A stretch of 64,000 nucleotides of DNA from Candidatus Saccharimonadia bacterium (GTDB lineage Bacteria > Patescibacteriota > Saccharimonadia > Saccharimonadales > 2-12-FULL-41-12): the NCBI GenBank assembly GCA_963717365.1, contig OY970327.1, forward strand, positions 863,752-927,751. Direction: 5' to 3'. Below, one piece after another: positions 18,632 to 27,010 of this stretch. The translations under genes were made by a program, and so were the position numbers. Under the pieces are notes generated by a model that was not told where the DNA came from, did not search any database, and was given only the letters and a program-made list of their open reading frames with translations. Numbering within the stretch: the stretch's first letter is position 1; every line of letters begins with the position of its first letter.

Positions 18632-20286
18632 TACATTTGCTCCGGCTTTGGCATGCCCAGAATGGTTAAACCGTTACTCAATGTCTTCTCGTAAGCCTGA
18701 ACCAATGAAACACGCTCGGCGGTTCGCGCATGGCCAATCACCCGGCTTTGCTCGTAAAAACGGTTGAAAGCGACCGCCAGTTCATATAAATAATTACAGA
18801 TATGGTGCGGCGAATAATCAGCTAGGGCTGCTGTGAACGTCTCCGGGTATAACCCAATCTGCCGGGCAAGACTACGCTCCGCGGCATCAAGTTCTTTTGT
18901 TTTTGGTGCAGCTTCAATACCATCTAGTTTACGCAAAATGCTTCGGGCACGTACCAATGCGTATTGCAGATATGGACCGCTATTACCTTCTAAACTGACC
19001 GATTCTTTTGGATCATAAATAATATCGCCGCCAATCCGATTTTTGAGGAACGAATACTTGATTGCGCCGAGGGTAACTTGCTCATCATTCTTACCATTCT
19101 CTACTTCATTAGCTTTGGCAGTCTCATCAATTACCTGGGTCGCCGGTATAATATTACCTAAACGGCTACTCATTTTTACGCCACCCACCAGTTTAACCAT
19201 GCCGTGAGAAACATAGGTGCTTAATTGGACAAGTTCGGGTAAAAACTGTTCAACGGCTTTCATGACCACGGCCATATAATGCATTTGTTCGTCGGCAGTG
19301 ACAATAATTGAGCGGTTAAAGTGGTAGTCATCATATTTTTTAAGAATCAGGCCAACTTCTTTAGCTTCATACGTTGGTAGCCCTTCTTTGTTGATAAAAA
19401 CCCGCGTATGCAGCCCATAGGGTTCGCCCTTAAATACTACTGCGCCCTCAGATTCTTCAAAGACTTTGCCAATTTGTTCCCTAACCGCTGCTAAACCCGA
19501 CTCAGCTACTTCGCTCTCAGGATAATAGCGGTCCATTTTGGTACCAAGACGCTCGTAAAACGCATCAAATGCCTGGTAACTCCAATCGCGGCAGGTCCAA
19601 TAGATCTGTGCTAATGGCGAATCATGGTCGTTTTTGGCATGAAATTGATAGACTTGTTTATTGAGGGCTGTGATCTCGGCTTTAGCCCGCTCGTTCTCGG
19701 TATAGGCATTATTCCCTTCAACGTAAGCTGCCGACATCCAAGCAGATCGTTCTTTGTCTGGAATATCCTGGAGTTTGTCTGGAAACTCACCACCTAGACG
19801 ACGCAGCATGGCCCACATCGTTCTAGCGACATGCAAACCAACATCACCACCATAATTTACTCGATGAACGGTGGCACCTGCTGTTTCCATAAGACTAGCG
19901 ATAACATCACCAACAACAGTGGTATAAATATGACCGGCATGCAGAATCTTAAAGGGATTTGGGTCGGAGTACTCAGTAATAATGACTTGGTTTGCGAAGG
20001 GTTTCGGCAAATTAGTAGCATCCAGAGCTGCGTCAAAAATATGTTCATCGGTAACCCGGATATTGATAAAACCCGGCCCGGCTACAGAAGCATCCACACC
20101 GAGCTTATCAACAATCGCCTGTGCCACTTCCCGGGGGTTCTTACCAAGTTTCTTGGCCAGCTGCATGGCAATATTAGTCGCGAAGTCGCCAAACTGTTCC
20201 TCTGGTCGCGTGAGCGCCACGTCAGCTTCTACACCAAACAGCTCATCGCAAACATGCCTAATAGTCTCCGTTAGTTCTTCTCTCAT
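18631..20286 (-). CDS. argS: arginine--tRNA ligase
   Basis: 551 aa class I synthetase, HIGH-type HAGHIYTTVVGD, MSSRLGN, ArgS-type C-terminal anticodon-binding domain. Confidence 0.95.
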   Translation of the reverse strand: MREELTETIRHVCDELFGVEADVALTRPEEQFGDFATNIAMQLAKKLGKNPREVAQAIVDKLGVDASVAGPGFINIRVTDEHIFDAALDATNLPKPFANQVIITEYSDPNPFKILHAGHIYTTVVGDVIASLMETAGATVHRVNYGGDVGLHVARTMWAMLRRLGGEFPDKLQDIPDKERSAWMSAAYVEGNNAYTENERAKAEITALNKQVYQFHAKNDHDSPLAQIYWTCRDWSYQAFDAFYERLGTKMDRYYPESEVAESGLAAVREQIGKVFEESEGAVVFKGEPYGLHTRVFINKEGLPTYEAKEVGLILKKYDDYHFNRSIIVTADEQMHYMAVVMKAVEQFLPELVQLSTYVSHGMVKLVGGVKMSSRLGNIIPATQVIDETAKANEVENGKNDEQVTLGAIKYSFLKNRIGGDIIYDPKESVSLEGNSGPYLQYALVRARSILRKLDGIEAAPKTKELDAAERSLARQIGLYPETFTAALADYSPHHICNYLYELAVAFNRFYEQSRVIGHARTAERVSLVQAYEKTLSNGLTILGMPKPEQM

Positions 20287-20357
20287 TTAGTTCCCAGTAT
20301 ATCAGTTAAACCTTTTACAGATCAGTACTACTACCGCGTGAATTGTTTAAAAAGTAA

Positions 20358-21044
20358 TTATTTGGTACGAAGCAAGCGGATTGATTCGTAAATTACGGTG
20401 TAGCCACCGAATAGCATCAAGAATAGTACTAGCGTTGTCTGGTATGTCTGCAGATGGGCATCGGGGTTTATTACCCGATCCGAGACGTCAAACAACAATC
20501 CAGTTGGCTGAAGCAATATATCCCATGTATTCCAACGACTATAACGCCCTAGGCAAATTGCAAAACTAACAACCAGAAATAGTAGCCCTATTAGGCCGTA
20601 TGCGTTGCGCTCACGAAAACGTCGTAACATTTGGCTGTGTACCAGATACACGCTAAGGTAGCCGAACATCATACCAGCCACAATAAAATTTGCTAGCAAG
20701 GTAATATCAAACAGTAAATCAGCTTCGTAATTGGAACGCAGGTGGATTAAGTCAGTAATAATATAGAAACTGTTTGGTAGGAAAAGAATCCAGGCTATAG
20801 TCAGTACAATTTGCTGCCACTTTAACCAGCCGAATTTCTGTATCCTGAATACGAGCCACCAGGCTAATAGAGCCGGAATTATTGCTAGTGCCAAGTTCCA
20901 AATCAAGAAATTATAGCGTTGACTGTCACTAGCAATAATCCGAATCAACAACATACTAATCGCAGTAATTGATAGCAGGCTAAGACTTAGTATAAACCGG
21001 TATGGTGCTACTAGTTTAACTTGCGACATATGCTTTTTGCTCAT
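20358..21044 (-). CDS. DUF1361-like polytopic membrane protein
   Basis: IWNLALAIIPALLAWW and FLPNSFYIITDLIHL motifs; about 6 TM segments. Confidence 0.6.
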   Translation of the reverse strand: MSKKHMSQVKLVAPYRFILSLSLLSITAISMLLIRIIASDSQRYNFLIWNLALAIIPALLAWWLVFRIQKFGWLKWQQIVLTIAWILFLPNSFYIITDLIHLRSNYEADLLFDITLLANFIVAGMMFGYLSVYLVHSQMLRRFRERNAYGLIGLLFLVVSFAICLGRYSRWNTWDILLQPTGLLFDVSDRVINPDAHLQTYQTTLVLFLMLFGGYTVIYESIRLLRTK

Positions 21045-21139
21045 TCGGCTCAGCTCTTCTCATTACTAACGTTTACGCTTATACTATTCACTGAATACTA
21101 TTGAATACTAGAAACAAAGCATAAAGCAAGGGGGTGGCG

Positions 21140-21613
21140 ATGTTTGATGACAAGCCAACAGATCAAAAGCATAATACAATCAACGACGGCACAGGCGGGA
21201 TTTCGGTTCCTCCCCTCAGCTTAGGCGATAACCCCGTAGCCCCCCAGACCGCTGACAGCCCGGTAAGCTCAGCTCCTACTACTCCAACCGTTGTATTACC
21301 ATCTCAGGCCACTGACACTACTGCTGCGCCAGGTACAACTGCTCCTGCTTCTACCCCAGCCCCTGGCTCCCTAGAAGAAATGAAACACAAAGCCTTAGAA
21401 CAACTGTCGCCACTGGTTAATCACCTTGAGCAAACGCCTGAGGAGAAATATAAAACGCTAATGATGATGATCCAAGCTTCCGATAATCAGGACTTACTTG
21501 GTGAAGCATACGAAAATGCCCAAAAAATTACCGATGATAAAGCCAAGGCCGAAGCTCTGCTAAATATCGTTAATGAAATTAACTACTTTACTCAGAAACA
21601 GGCGAGTAGTTAG
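21140..21613 (+). CDS. hypothetical protein, Pro/Thr/Ala-rich N-terminal half
   Basis: ATG at 21140 sits 5-6 nt after aaggggg SD (track starts at GTG 21134); no family recognised. Confidence 0.55.
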   Translation: MFDDKPTDQKHNTINDGTGGISVPPLSLGDNPVAPQTADSPVSSAPTTPTVVLPSQATDTTAAPGTTAPASTPAPGSLEEMKHKALEQLSPLVNHLEQTPEEKYKTLMMMIQASDNQDLLGEAYENAQKITDDKAKAEALLNIVNEINYFTQKQASS

Positions 21614-21956
21614 GCCTGGCTCCCAGATCGGCTGCACGCAGCCGATTCATCTGTTGAGCCTGTGCTTCATATAGTCGATTGATCGCTTGGGTTAGCATAC
21701 GTACCTCCTGACGAGTCGCTGTAATCTGAGTTTCTACCGCAGCAATACGGCGCCACATTTGATCGTTTTGATTATTTGCCTGCCTAATTAATGTCTGGGT
21801 TTCAACATGAAAGGCATTGACTGTATTAAGAATACGGTCACGGGCACTGTCGGCGGCCCCTTGGATGTCGTAGCGGGTTACGAGACGATCCAGTATTTTG
21901 TTTTTTGCGCCGTCGGTTATTGCCAGGAGATCCTGGCGGGTTAATGGTGTGGGCAT
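21588..21956 (-). CDS. hypothetical coiled-coil protein
   Basis: 122 aa, heptad-like Q/R/A-rich sequence; 3' end overlaps the convergent 21140 gene by 26 nt. Confidence 0.5.
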   Translation of the reverse strand: MPTPLTRQDLLAITDGAKNKILDRLVTRYDIQGAADSARDRILNTVNAFHVETQTLIRQANNQNDQMWRRIAAVETQITATRQEVRMLTQAINRLYEAQAQQMNRLRAADLGARPNYSPVSE

Positions 21957-22249
21957 GAAGTGTTCTCCCTTTATTATTACTATTTTGTTCTAAAAAATGA
22001 GGACGTAACTTTCCGGGCCGAGAAAAAAGGCCTGGTACCCATGAACTGGGTAAGCCAAGCCTTTTGATAATCGAATTGTATATGTTGAAGGTTGCAACCG
22101 CCAATACTATCTAAAGATTGGCTTCCTGCGTTCCCAAAAGTGTTTCTCAAGCGCACTTTTGTACTTGTATTATATGCGACTCTGTATATCGCGTGTCAAT
22201 ATTGATTATGCTAGAAAGAATTATATAACTGGTTATCTAACAGATTGCT

Positions 22250-22687
22250 CTACATGCCCTCATCACCGGTGTGCGGTAATGGTGTATCACCTAGTGCAGG
22301 AGTAGCGGCTGGCGTAGGCGCTGGCGAAGGTGTTGTAGTTGGTGTCGGAGTTTCAGGATTAGATGGCGTTGAGGTTGCCGGTGGCGTATCCGGGGTTTCA
22401 GGAGTTGCCGTCTGTGCGTCTTCCGGGTTGTTGCTCCCGTCATTCTGATCCTTGTTTTCACTAGTTGTCTGTTCGGTAGAACTATCTTCACCGCGAATCT
22501 GGTTATATATAAAACGGCCGCCAAAGAATAAGGCCGCTGCTACCGCAATAGTTGCAAGCAAAGCGCCAATGCCCAGTAGAATGGCTGCTCCGCGACGTTG
22601 TCGCTTCTCTGTTTGATAATATTCTTTTACTTCATCAGGCAGTGCACTTTGCTGTCTGTTTCTGCGGAAACGGTCAAATATAGCCAT
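22250..22687 (-). CDS. membrane-anchored hypothetical protein with Pro/Thr-rich C-terminus
   Basis: AAGGAG SD upstream; MAIFDRFRRNRQ..., one TM (AAILLGIGALLATIAVAAALFFGG), then a TPxTP-rich tail. Confidence 0.6.
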   Translation of the reverse strand: MAIFDRFRRNRQQSALPDEVKEYYQTEKRQRRGAAILLGIGALLATIAVAAALFFGGRFIYNQIRGEDSSTEQTTSENKDQNDGSNNPEDAQTATPETPDTPPATSTPSNPETPTPTTTPSPAPTPAATPALGDTPLPHTGDEGM

Positions 22688-22841
22688 GGATTTTTCTTTA
22701 CTCCTTAGTAGTGTTTAAACTAATACTACTATATATTAGCTTTTTATGCAAGTTACTTGGTGCTTATATTCACAGTTTAAATATGTATAATATGGTACAA
22801 TTTTGAACATTACCATTAACGTGTTCCAACAAGGAGCTTAC

Positions 22842-23411
22842 ATGCTTGCAAAAATTATCAACGAAACAACTGACGCGGTAGTAGCCGCCGTACAAGGAGT
22901 TGACGACATTGTCGGCGCCGTCTCAACAACCGTAAAAGATCAGACAGTCAACCTGATCCAAAACGTTGGAGAAGTCGGTGGCAGCACGATTGACGTAGCC
23001 GCCTCAATTGCTGATGGCGCTATTAAAGGTGTTGGCCAGGTTGGCGGGTCAGTCGCTAGTGTGGCCTTTAGCACGGTTGAAAACATCGTTCAAGGTGTTA
23101 GTGATGTTAGCGGCGACGTACTCGGCGCTGTTAACGGAGCAGCCCGGGGCGTTGTCCAAGGTGCCAGCGAGACCGGTAAAGACATCGGTTCAGCCGCTGT
23201 AGGAGCCGTTGAAGGCGCTATCAAGGCAGCCGGAGACATCGGCGCCGATACGGCCGAAGCCGCCAAAGCCGCTACCAGTGGCGCGCTTGATGCTGCTACC
23301 AGCATTGGCGGCGACGCAGCTCAGACAGTACGAGATGCCCTGCTTTCAGCTGCGGCTCTTCCACGAGATGTGATTGAATCAGTTATTCGTGGCAGCGAAG
23401 ACAAGAAATAG
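22842..23411 (+). CDS. Gly/Ala/Val-rich protein built of ~13 consecutive 11-residue repeats
   Basis: Trimmed to the ATG 6 nt after aaggag. Sequence parses into 11-mers (GGSTIDVAASI ADGAIKGVGQV GGSVASVAFST VENIVQGVSDV SGDVLGAVNGA ...). Confidence 0.65.
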   Translation: MLAKIINETTDAVVAAVQGVDDIVGAVSTTVKDQTVNLIQNVGEVGGSTIDVAASIADGAIKGVGQVGGSVASVAFSTVENIVQGVSDVSGDVLGAVNGAARGVVQGASETGKDIGSAAVGAVEGAIKAAGDIGADTAEAAKAATSGALDAATSIGGDAAQTVRDALLSAAALPRDVIESVIRGSEDKK

Positions 23412-23423
23412 TCTTCCAAGCGA

Positions 23424-24200
23424 TTAAATCGTTTCAAAAAGGACGGCGCTGAAGATAGGCCGTCCTTTTTTATATTCCCGAGTAGGTGAACATGGCTTGT
23501 TCCGTAGTTTGCCACCGGCAATCAAAGTCGCTGATGAACCTCCGTCAAGATTTAACGCATCTGTTATCCCCATGCTTCTGAGCAATTGGGCAAACTCCTG
23601 AAAAGTGAGACCAGCCTCAGTTTCTCTGTAACCGTCACCAGCCAGAACATTAAAAATATAATCCCGGTTTGTCCCGATCGCCGAACGCGGAAAACGGCCC
23701 GCACTAATATCATTATCGAACTGCGCGGCACCTTCAGAAAAACCTTCTGGGTCTTCACTTTCAGAAATAACGGATTGGCCGTTCTGTACCAGCAATGGTC
23801 CTGCCTGTAACAGATCTGTCCGTGGCCGCGGCGGCAATATATAACGCGGGGCAATAGTCAGCCCACCTACCGGGCTAATGTACAAGCTCCCGCGTGAATG
23901 GTGCCACGGGCTAATAAATGGAATAGTTTTTTGCTGGACTCCGTTTATCCACATATCACCAAGTGGCATATTTTCGGCGCAAGAAAAAAATCCGCCAGAA
24001 ATAGCCTCAGTTACCCCGCTTTGGCTACACCAATCCAGTAATACGGTCTCTTTTTCAAAAGACTGCAAGCGGGGTCGTACCGCGGCTCGGGCATAGGCGG
24101 CCACATGCACCGTTGTCATCGCGCCGTCATCTAGCCTTACCTGGAAAGAATGATATGCAGCAGTTGCTAGTTTTGTTTTAATTTGTGCCTGCAGAGTCAT
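23424..24200 (-). CDS. phosphodiester glycosidase family protein (DUF2233/NAGPA-like)
   Basis: LQAGPLLVQNG, RSAIGTNRD, GLTFQEFAQLLRSMGITDALNLDGGSSATLI. Confidence 0.75.
   Translation of the reverse strand: MTLQAQIKTKLATAAYHSFQVRLDDGAMTTVHVAAYARAAVRPRLQSFEKETVLLDWCSQSGVTEAISGGFFSCAENMPLGDMWINGVQQKTIPFISPWHHSRGSLYISPVGGLTIAPRYILPPRPRTDLLQAGPLLVQNGQSVISESEDPEGFSEGAAQFDNDISAGRFPRSAIGTNRDYIFNVLAGDGYRETEAGLTFQEFAQLLRSMGITDALNLDGGSSATLIAGGKLRNKPCSPTREYKKGRPIFSAVLFETI
23441..23471 (+). terminator. rho-independent terminator candidate for the 11-mer repeat gene
   Basis: GGACGGC (23441-47) / GCCGTCC (23459-65) stem followed by TTTTTT; embedded in the 3' coding end of the convergent gene. Confidence 0.6.
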
Positions 24201-24278
24201 ATTTTTTGAATGTTTATATTAAAATACTATTAGCATAAGCTTATCACGAGGAACGGTATCAGGTGAAACAAAATATAA

Positions 24279-24316
24279 TTGGCACTCTTGACATCCGAGT
24301 GCCAATTTTTTATATT
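24279..24316 (+). promoter_or_regulatory. CIRCE-like inverted repeat overlapping the hsp20 promoter
   Basis: TTGGCACTC-N9-GAGTGCCAA (24279-24305). The N9 contains TTGACA (24288-93), then a 17-nt spacer, then TATATT (24311-16). Confidence 0.7.
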
Positions 24317-24361
24317 ATTACTAGGGTCAAACCCTAACTAATCTCAAGAAAGGAGAATAAT

Positions 24362-24841
24362 ATGGCTCTCGTAAAACGTACAAGTAACGACTACGGTATT
24401 CGCGGTTTGCATAACCAGATCGATGAGATGTTTGATAGCTTCTTTCGGTCTAGCCTTATGCCGTCGCAGTCTCAAAACTTCGCTTCGCTTGATATTTACA
24501 GTGAAGACGACAAATGCATGGTCGTAGAAATGCACGCTCCCGGCTTTGAAGAGAAAGACATCGATGTAAGTTTGCAGAACGGTGTCTTAGAGATCAAAGC
24601 CCAGCGCGGCGACAAGCAGGAAGATAAAGACGGCAAACGCGGCTACTTCCTGCGGGAAAGCTCTTCCAGCTACTACCGCCGGATCGCCCTGCCTGAATAC
24701 GTAGACGAAAACAACGTCCAAGCCGACCTCGACAAAGGTGTCCTTAAGATCAGGATCCCCTTCGCCGAACGGCCCGAACCAAAACGTATCAAAATTAAAG
24801 CCAGCAGTGGCAAGGCCAAGTTAGGCAATAAGAATAGTTAG
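24362..24841 (+). CDS. Hsp20/alpha-crystallin family small heat-shock protein
   Basis: aaaggag SD; alpha-crystallin domain (VVEMHAPGFEEKDIDVSLQNGVLEIKA...RRIALPEYV...ADLDKGVLKIRIP). Confidence 0.92.
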   Translation: MALVKRTSNDYGIRGLHNQIDEMFDSFFRSSLMPSQSQNFASLDIYSEDDKCMVVEMHAPGFEEKDIDVSLQNGVLEIKAQRGDKQEDKDGKRGYFLRESSSSYYRRIALPEYVDENNVQADLDKGVLKIRIPFAERPEPKRIKIKASSGKAKLGNKNS

Positions 24842-24861
24842 TACTTACCGACTATTAAGAA

Positions 24862-24891
24862 ATACCCCTGTTATACACAGGGGTATTTTTA
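24862..24891. terminator. bidirectional rho-independent terminator candidate
   Basis: ATACCCCTG (24862-70) / CAGGGGTAT (24878-86) then TTTTT; lies between the convergent hsp20 and TrmB-like genes. Confidence 0.7.
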
Positions 24892-25638
24892 TGCTTTAGG
24901 CAGAGCACCGCCCCATATCTGCCCAAATATCACCCGGAAGGTTTCGGCAATGATATCATTAGTCATAACCGTAGTAATAACTGTTGGTTGATACGCCGTA
25001 ATGCCTACTTTATTACCGTAGATAGCGATCTCCCCTATCAATGGTGTGTCGCCCCAAAACCGTACTTCGTAGCCATTGGCCTGAAATGCTTTGACGTCCA
25101 GCCAGTTTTTGGCGTCGTTGTGAAAGATTATCCGAGCCTGAGTACCGCGAGCATGACGTTTCTTGACTGCTTGTTGCAATACTTCTAGGGCTTCCTTGTT
25201 CTCAGGCACTACATTGCTGGCTAGCACATCTATTGGTGGATCAGACCGGGCAATATCTTCCTGGAATGATTTATAGCCCGCCAAGCCTTCAAAATAGACT
25301 ACCCCTGGTTTATGCTGGCCTAGCTGGTAATTCGAGATAAGCTGCGGCAATACTCCCGCTAAAGTTACCTGTTTTTGCTTGAGCGACTGCTGCTGCCGCT
25401 GCAATAGCTTCCGAAGTGTAATTGGATCTGCCGCGGCGTACTTACGGACTGCTCCTCTGTCATCAGCCGCAATAAGCTCCTGTTCTGCCAACCGGTCAAG
25501 CACCATATAGGTGTTGGTGCGACTTTCTTGCAGTTCCTTGGCTATCTGGGCGGCAGTCAGTGCTGGCATATTCATCAGGAACAGGTAGAATTTTGATTCT
25601 TTTTCATTGAGCCCGAGTTGTTGCAGTGCTTGTTCCAT
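24889..25638 (-). CDS. TrmB-family HTH transcriptional regulator
   Basis: N-terminus LGLNEKESKFYLFLMNMPALTAAQIAKELQESRTNTYMVLDRLAEQELI is a TrmB-type winged helix. Confidence 0.7.
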   Translation of the reverse strand: MEQALQQLGLNEKESKFYLFLMNMPALTAAQIAKELQESRTNTYMVLDRLAEQELIAADDRGAVRKYAAADPITLRKLLQRQQQSLKQKQVTLAGVLPQLISNYQLGQHKPGVVYFEGLAGYKSFQEDIARSDPPIDVLASNVVPENKEALEVLQQAVKKRHARGTQARIIFHNDAKNWLDVKAFQANGYEVRFWGDTPLIGEIAIYGNKVGITAYQPTVITTVMTNDIIAETFRVIFGQIWGGALPKA

Positions 25639-25795
25639 ATTGGAAGTATAGTTGAGTATGCAATGATTGTCAATGTTTTATTGACATTATTAACAGATAT
25701 ATAAATATATTTGTTAATAATATAATTGACAATATAAAGATTTTATGCAATAATGTAGTCAAACCTTCAAGCAAAGGTAACAAGGAGAAATCATA

Positions 25796-26974
25796 ATGTC
25801 AGAGCAATTACCAAACTACGAAAAAACCCGTATTAATGATGAGGATAAGGCACGCCATATGGCAGATTATATGGATGGGATTATGGAGGCCGCACTTGAA
25901 TCTAAGGAAGCAAAGCTTGATGCCGAAAAAAATATTCCGATGCTACAGGGAGCACTTGACGAGTGGACGCATCAAGCCGCTGGCCGAGTATTAAATGAAC
26001 TGTACCCTGAAAAAGACTACGCGCCTACCATTGGTAATGCGCAACACTTGCTGTCTGAGCATAAGCGTATTGTTAAAAGCCGGAAAAAACGAGAAGTCAC
26101 ATATCGTCGGCAGGCCGATGAAATTGCTCAGGAAGCCGGTGACCGGTATGATGCCAAATTAGCTGAAAAAGAACGTCGGCACCTCGCCGCACAGAAAATA
26201 ATGGCAACCTATGCCACCTTACAACGGGAAGACGAGTCTCAGACCAGAATTCAGGATGAAGACAAAGCCCATGTTATGGCACATGCGGCTGACTGGTGGG
26301 CTGGTATTTCAGCTGATCACCGCGCACAAAACGAAGACGATAGCTGGACGCAAAAAACGGCTGATCGCCAAGCCGAAGAAGTCGGCAAAGTCTACGACCA
26401 GAAACAAGCCGAACGTGCCCGCGATTACAGCCAGCTAAGCCGCGCTGAGGAACCAAAAACCCGTATTGAAAATGAAGACAAAGCCCAGGAAATAGCCAAT
26501 AAAATAAAACAGAATATGGATATTGCCGCCGGGTATTACCCCTATGGTTCTTACGAGTCTCAAGAAGAATTTAAGAATTCAAAGTTAGCTGAGACTGAAG
26601 CAGATAAGTTAGGGAAACTAGCAGACGCAAACCGTGATGTGATTTACGCCGGCTATTACTATGATCTGGCCCATAGCCAGCTAGAGGCCCGGGTAGATGA
26701 CACTCTAAAGGCATACATTATGGCTGACCGGGCCGATCATCATATATCAGCGGCGCTAGAGATCGAAAAAAGCGGCGATAACCCACAAGCTGCAGCTGCT
26801 CAGCGCCAAGAAGCTAAACGATGGGCCAACATTATGGGCAGCGAATATGATCAGTACGGCCCGCAGATTGCCGGCCAGGTAACCGTCATGAATATTGACG
26901 AAGAAACCGGCACTGTTCAGCGGATAGATCCTGGTGTTTTGATTTCGAAAAACGATACTAAGCGGAATGACTAA
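25796..26974 (+). CDS. hypothetical protein with four internal ~75-aa repeat modules
   Basis: aaggag SD; recurring TRI(N/Q/E)DEDKA..MA motif at about aa 11, 150, 222 and (degenerate) 299, each followed by a GDRYD/GKVYD-type segment. Confidence 0.65.
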   Translation: MSEQLPNYEKTRINDEDKARHMADYMDGIMEAALESKEAKLDAEKNIPMLQGALDEWTHQAAGRVLNELYPEKDYAPTIGNAQHLLSEHKRIVKSRKKREVTYRRQADEIAQEAGDRYDAKLAEKERRHLAAQKIMATYATLQREDESQTRIQDEDKAHVMAHAADWWAGISADHRAQNEDDSWTQKTADRQAEEVGKVYDQKQAERARDYSQLSRAEEPKTRIENEDKAQEIANKIKQNMDIAAGYYPYGSYESQEEFKNSKLAETEADKLGKLADANRDVIYAGYYYDLAHSQLEARVDDTLKAYIMADRADHHISAALEIEKSGDNPQAAAAQRQEAKRWANIMGSEYDQYGPQIAGQVTVMNIDEETGTVQRIDPGVLISKNDTKRND

Positions 26975-27010
26975 AAAGAGCCTACCACAGCGCTACCGAG
27001 AATAAAAATT

